56,151 bases of DNA from Chloroflexota bacterium. Lineage in GTDB: Bacteria > Chloroflexota > Limnocylindria > QHBO01. Where the stretch lies: the NCBI GenBank assembly GCA_040005815.1, contig JBDTYC010000001.1:1-56151 (forward strand). Direction: 5' to 3'. Position 1 is the first letter of the stretch; every line of letters starts with the position of its first letter. The position numbers and the translations under genes are program-made. This document shows positions 54,520 to 56,151 of this stretch, piece by piece. The notes under the pieces are model-generated. The model was given only the letters and a program-made list of their open reading frames with translations, did no database searches and was not told where the DNA came from.

Positions 54520-55367
54520 GGGTTCCCGGCCGGTCCCCCCGCGCGCTCTCGCGGGGCGCTACGCGGATTGTCTGCGACTGCCGCAAGCACGGCCTTGACC
54601 TCGAATGGGGTCAGTCCCGGGTGCTTGGACAGGATCAGCGCAACCATGGCGACCACGTGCGGCGCCGCAAAGCTGTTCCCCGTTGCGACGGTGGAGCCAC
54701 CGTCCTTCCAGGCCATCGGCACGTCCACACCCCACGCCCCGAACTCGACCGGCGGCGCCGGATTGTAGTAGAGGCGCAGAGGATCGGGCTCGCCATGCGC
54801 CGCCACGGAGATGACCGATGAGAACAGCGACGGGTAGCTCGCCGCGGGCACGTTGTTCGCCGCGCTGACGAGCACCGTGCGATTGAAATAGGCCCGATCG
54901 ACCAGGTCATGGAAAACCGGGAAGAGGGTCTCGCTCTTCGATGAGAGGCTGAGGTTCAGGACCTCGATCCCCTGGTCGATCGCCCATTCGAGCCCGGCCG
55001 CGAATGCGGCGCTCTTCCCTCGCAGGTCGGCGCCGAGGACCCGGACCGAGACCAGCGCGACCTCGGGAGCCATCTCCACGATGATCCCGCCGCAGGCCGT
55101 GGCGTGCCCGTACAGGTCCTTCCCGTCGTCCGGCACGACCTGCGCGTCGTCGTCGTCGAGCTCCACCGTAACGCTCTCGACGACGCGGCCTGCAAGGCGA
55201 GGGTGGTCGACCTCGAGGCCGCTGTCGATGATCCCAACCCTGATTCCCTTGCCGGTGGAGCCGCCCCATGCCCAGTCCCTGGAGATGCCACGCAGTCGCA
55301 TCCGGCGAGCGAGGCCGGGGATGTTGGCAAAGGGCTCCGACCACGCCGGAAGGTCGAGGCCGCTCAC
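54516..55367 (-). CDS. S8 (subtilisin-like) serine peptidase, minimal catalytic domain with no signal peptide or propeptide
   Basis: Asp in VGIIDSG, His in YGHATACGG, Asn in SAANN and Ser in GNSFAAPHV. The N-terminus is not hydrophobic. Confidence 0.8.
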   Translation of the reverse strand: MSGLDLPAWSEPFANIPGLARRMRLRGISRDWAWGGSTGKGIRVGIIDSGLEVDHPRLAGRVVESVTVELDDDDAQVVPDDGKDLYGHATACGGIIVEMAPEVALVSVRVLGADLRGKSAAFAAGLEWAIDQGIEVLNLSLSSKSETLFPVFHDLVDRAYFNRTVLVSAANNVPAASYPSLFSSVISVAAHGEPDPLRLYYNPAPPVEFGAWGVDVPMAWKDGGSTVATGNSFAAPHVVAMVALILSKHPGLTPFEVKAVLAAVADNPRSAPRERAGGPAGNP

Positions 55368-56143
55368 GCTCTTCGACGCGCTCGCTGTGCGTGTCGAGCG
55401 ACCACTTCGAGGATTTCGCCGATCAGGTTCAGGTCGCGCTCGCCCAGGCCGCGAACCAGCGCGACGTGGTCGACCAGTCGCCAGAAGGGGCCGGCGTCCG
55501 GATCGTCGTCGAGGCCCTCGGTCGCTTTCGAGACCACGGTCTCGACCTGCTCGTCGGTCATCGATTCGTCTGCGAGCTGGCGGAGGACCTCCCGCAGCAG
55601 GCGGACGGTGTCGCGCTGCACGCGCGTGGCGGTGATGGCGGTGGTTGCCTGCCGGGCGAAGATGGCCAGGAGCTCCATGTCCCGCAAGGAGAAGCTCGGA
55701 GACCCGCGCTTGTCCAGGACTTGGAGCACGCCGATCGAGCCGTCGTCGTCGAGTAGCGGCACGGTCGCGATCGACCGCGGAACGTACCCGGTGCGCTCGG
55801 CCGCCTCGAGGTCGAAGCGCGGATCCGAGGTGACGTCGGTCATCGCGAGGCCCTGACCTGTCGAGAAGACGTAACCGGCGATGCCCTCGTTCGGCTTGAC
55901 CACAAGGCCGACCACGCCGGCCCCATGCTCGCCTGCCGCGACGCGAAATTCGAGCCGATCCGGATCGGTCTCGTGCAACGCGATCGAGGAAGCCTCCGCA
56001 TCGAAGAGGCTGACAGTGGCGTCGACGATCGACTGCAGGAGGCGCTGCTCCACATCTCCCTGCAGGGTGCGGGCAACAGAAGACCGCCGCCCCACCGCCC
56101 TGAGGGCGGTGAGTGCGGCGGTCAGATCCTCATCTGCGACCAT
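55364..56143 (-). CDS. GAF domain protein with a C-terminal helical extension
   Basis: LLQSIVDATVSLFDAEASSIAL...GIAGYVFSTGQGLAMTDV...TVPLLDDDGSIGVLQVLDK is GAF-like. Its stop overlaps the S8 start by 4 nt. Confidence 0.75.
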   Translation of the reverse strand: MVADEDLTAALTALRAVGRRSSVARTLQGDVEQRLLQSIVDATVSLFDAEASSIALHETDPDRLEFRVAAGEHGAGVVGLVVKPNEGIAGYVFSTGQGLAMTDVTSDPRFDLEAAERTGYVPRSIATVPLLDDDGSIGVLQVLDKRGSPSFSLRDMELLAIFARQATTAITATRVQRDTVRLLREVLRQLADESMTDEQVETVVSKATEGLDDDPDAGPFWRLVDHVALVRGLGERDLNLIGEILEVVARHAQRARRRA

Positions 56144-56151
56144 GTTGGTCG

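Noticed and set aside
1-56151. Search for tRNA, rRNA, CRISPR arrays, IS elements, integrases, phage genes and toxin-antitoxin pairs
   Set aside because: I found no cloverleaf-like or rRNA-like segments in the spacers, all of which are 325 bp or shorter. I found no regularly spaced direct repeats, no transposase/integrase/recombinase-like ORFs and no terminal inverted repeats flanking gene blocks. This was a by-eye inspection only. A tRNAscan/Infernal/CRISPR-finder run would be the decisive check.

Overview
This is a high-GC, densely packed bacterial chromosomal segment. Its gene content looks Actinomycetota-like: a DevRS-type two-component system, a deazaflavin-nitroreductase-fold protein, a Corynebacterium-type GlgM-like GT4, stand-alone LigD-type POL and ligase genes, and a TCGAAC-N4-GTTC SOS-type box. 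I call about 46 protein-coding genes, many joined by 4-nt start/stop overlaps. By eye I found no rRNA, tRNA, CRISPR array, transposase, integrase or prophage genes.

Modules from left to right:
- pncA, then marR-MFS
- an HTH/acidic disordered protein divergent from glgP
- M23 peptidase and YihY
- stand-alone LigD-POL
- ECF sigma with a Kelch-propeller anti-sigma candidate
- GNAT and DUF885
- ATP-dependent ligase divergent from a beta-CASP nuclease
- a DUF62 SAM hydrolase operon with an ECF transporter (fused A1A2, S, T)
- Lhr helicase with an SOS-like box
- a hypoxia/NO-type island: NirK-like oxidase with an extra cupredoxin domain, tandem USP, a membrane protein, and a NarL-type regulator with a GAF kinase
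- DUF4260 with an ABC-2 exporter, then GlgM-like GT4
- copA, a YHS protein, and a 4-gene ABC set
- GAF-GAF-GGDEF and pirin

The most unusual region is the right-hand ~10.5 kb (45.7-56.1 kb). One operon there encodes an unknown 118-aa protein, two tandem paralogous zinc-ribbon/class III nucleotide cyclase/P-loop STAND-like NTPase/TPR proteins, and a possible 20-aa Lys/Pro peptide. It faces a single-pass membrane protein of unknown family, a stand-alone cNMP-binding protein, and a GAF protein translationally coupled to a signal-less S8 protease. I read this as a candidate cyclic-nucleotide sensor-relay-protease system, but that is inference from domain content and adjacency only.

All start codons are my best choice from SD motifs, overlaps and domain boundaries, and they remain uncertain. 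Many long ORFs in the supplied track are antisense or extension artefacts of the high GC content.
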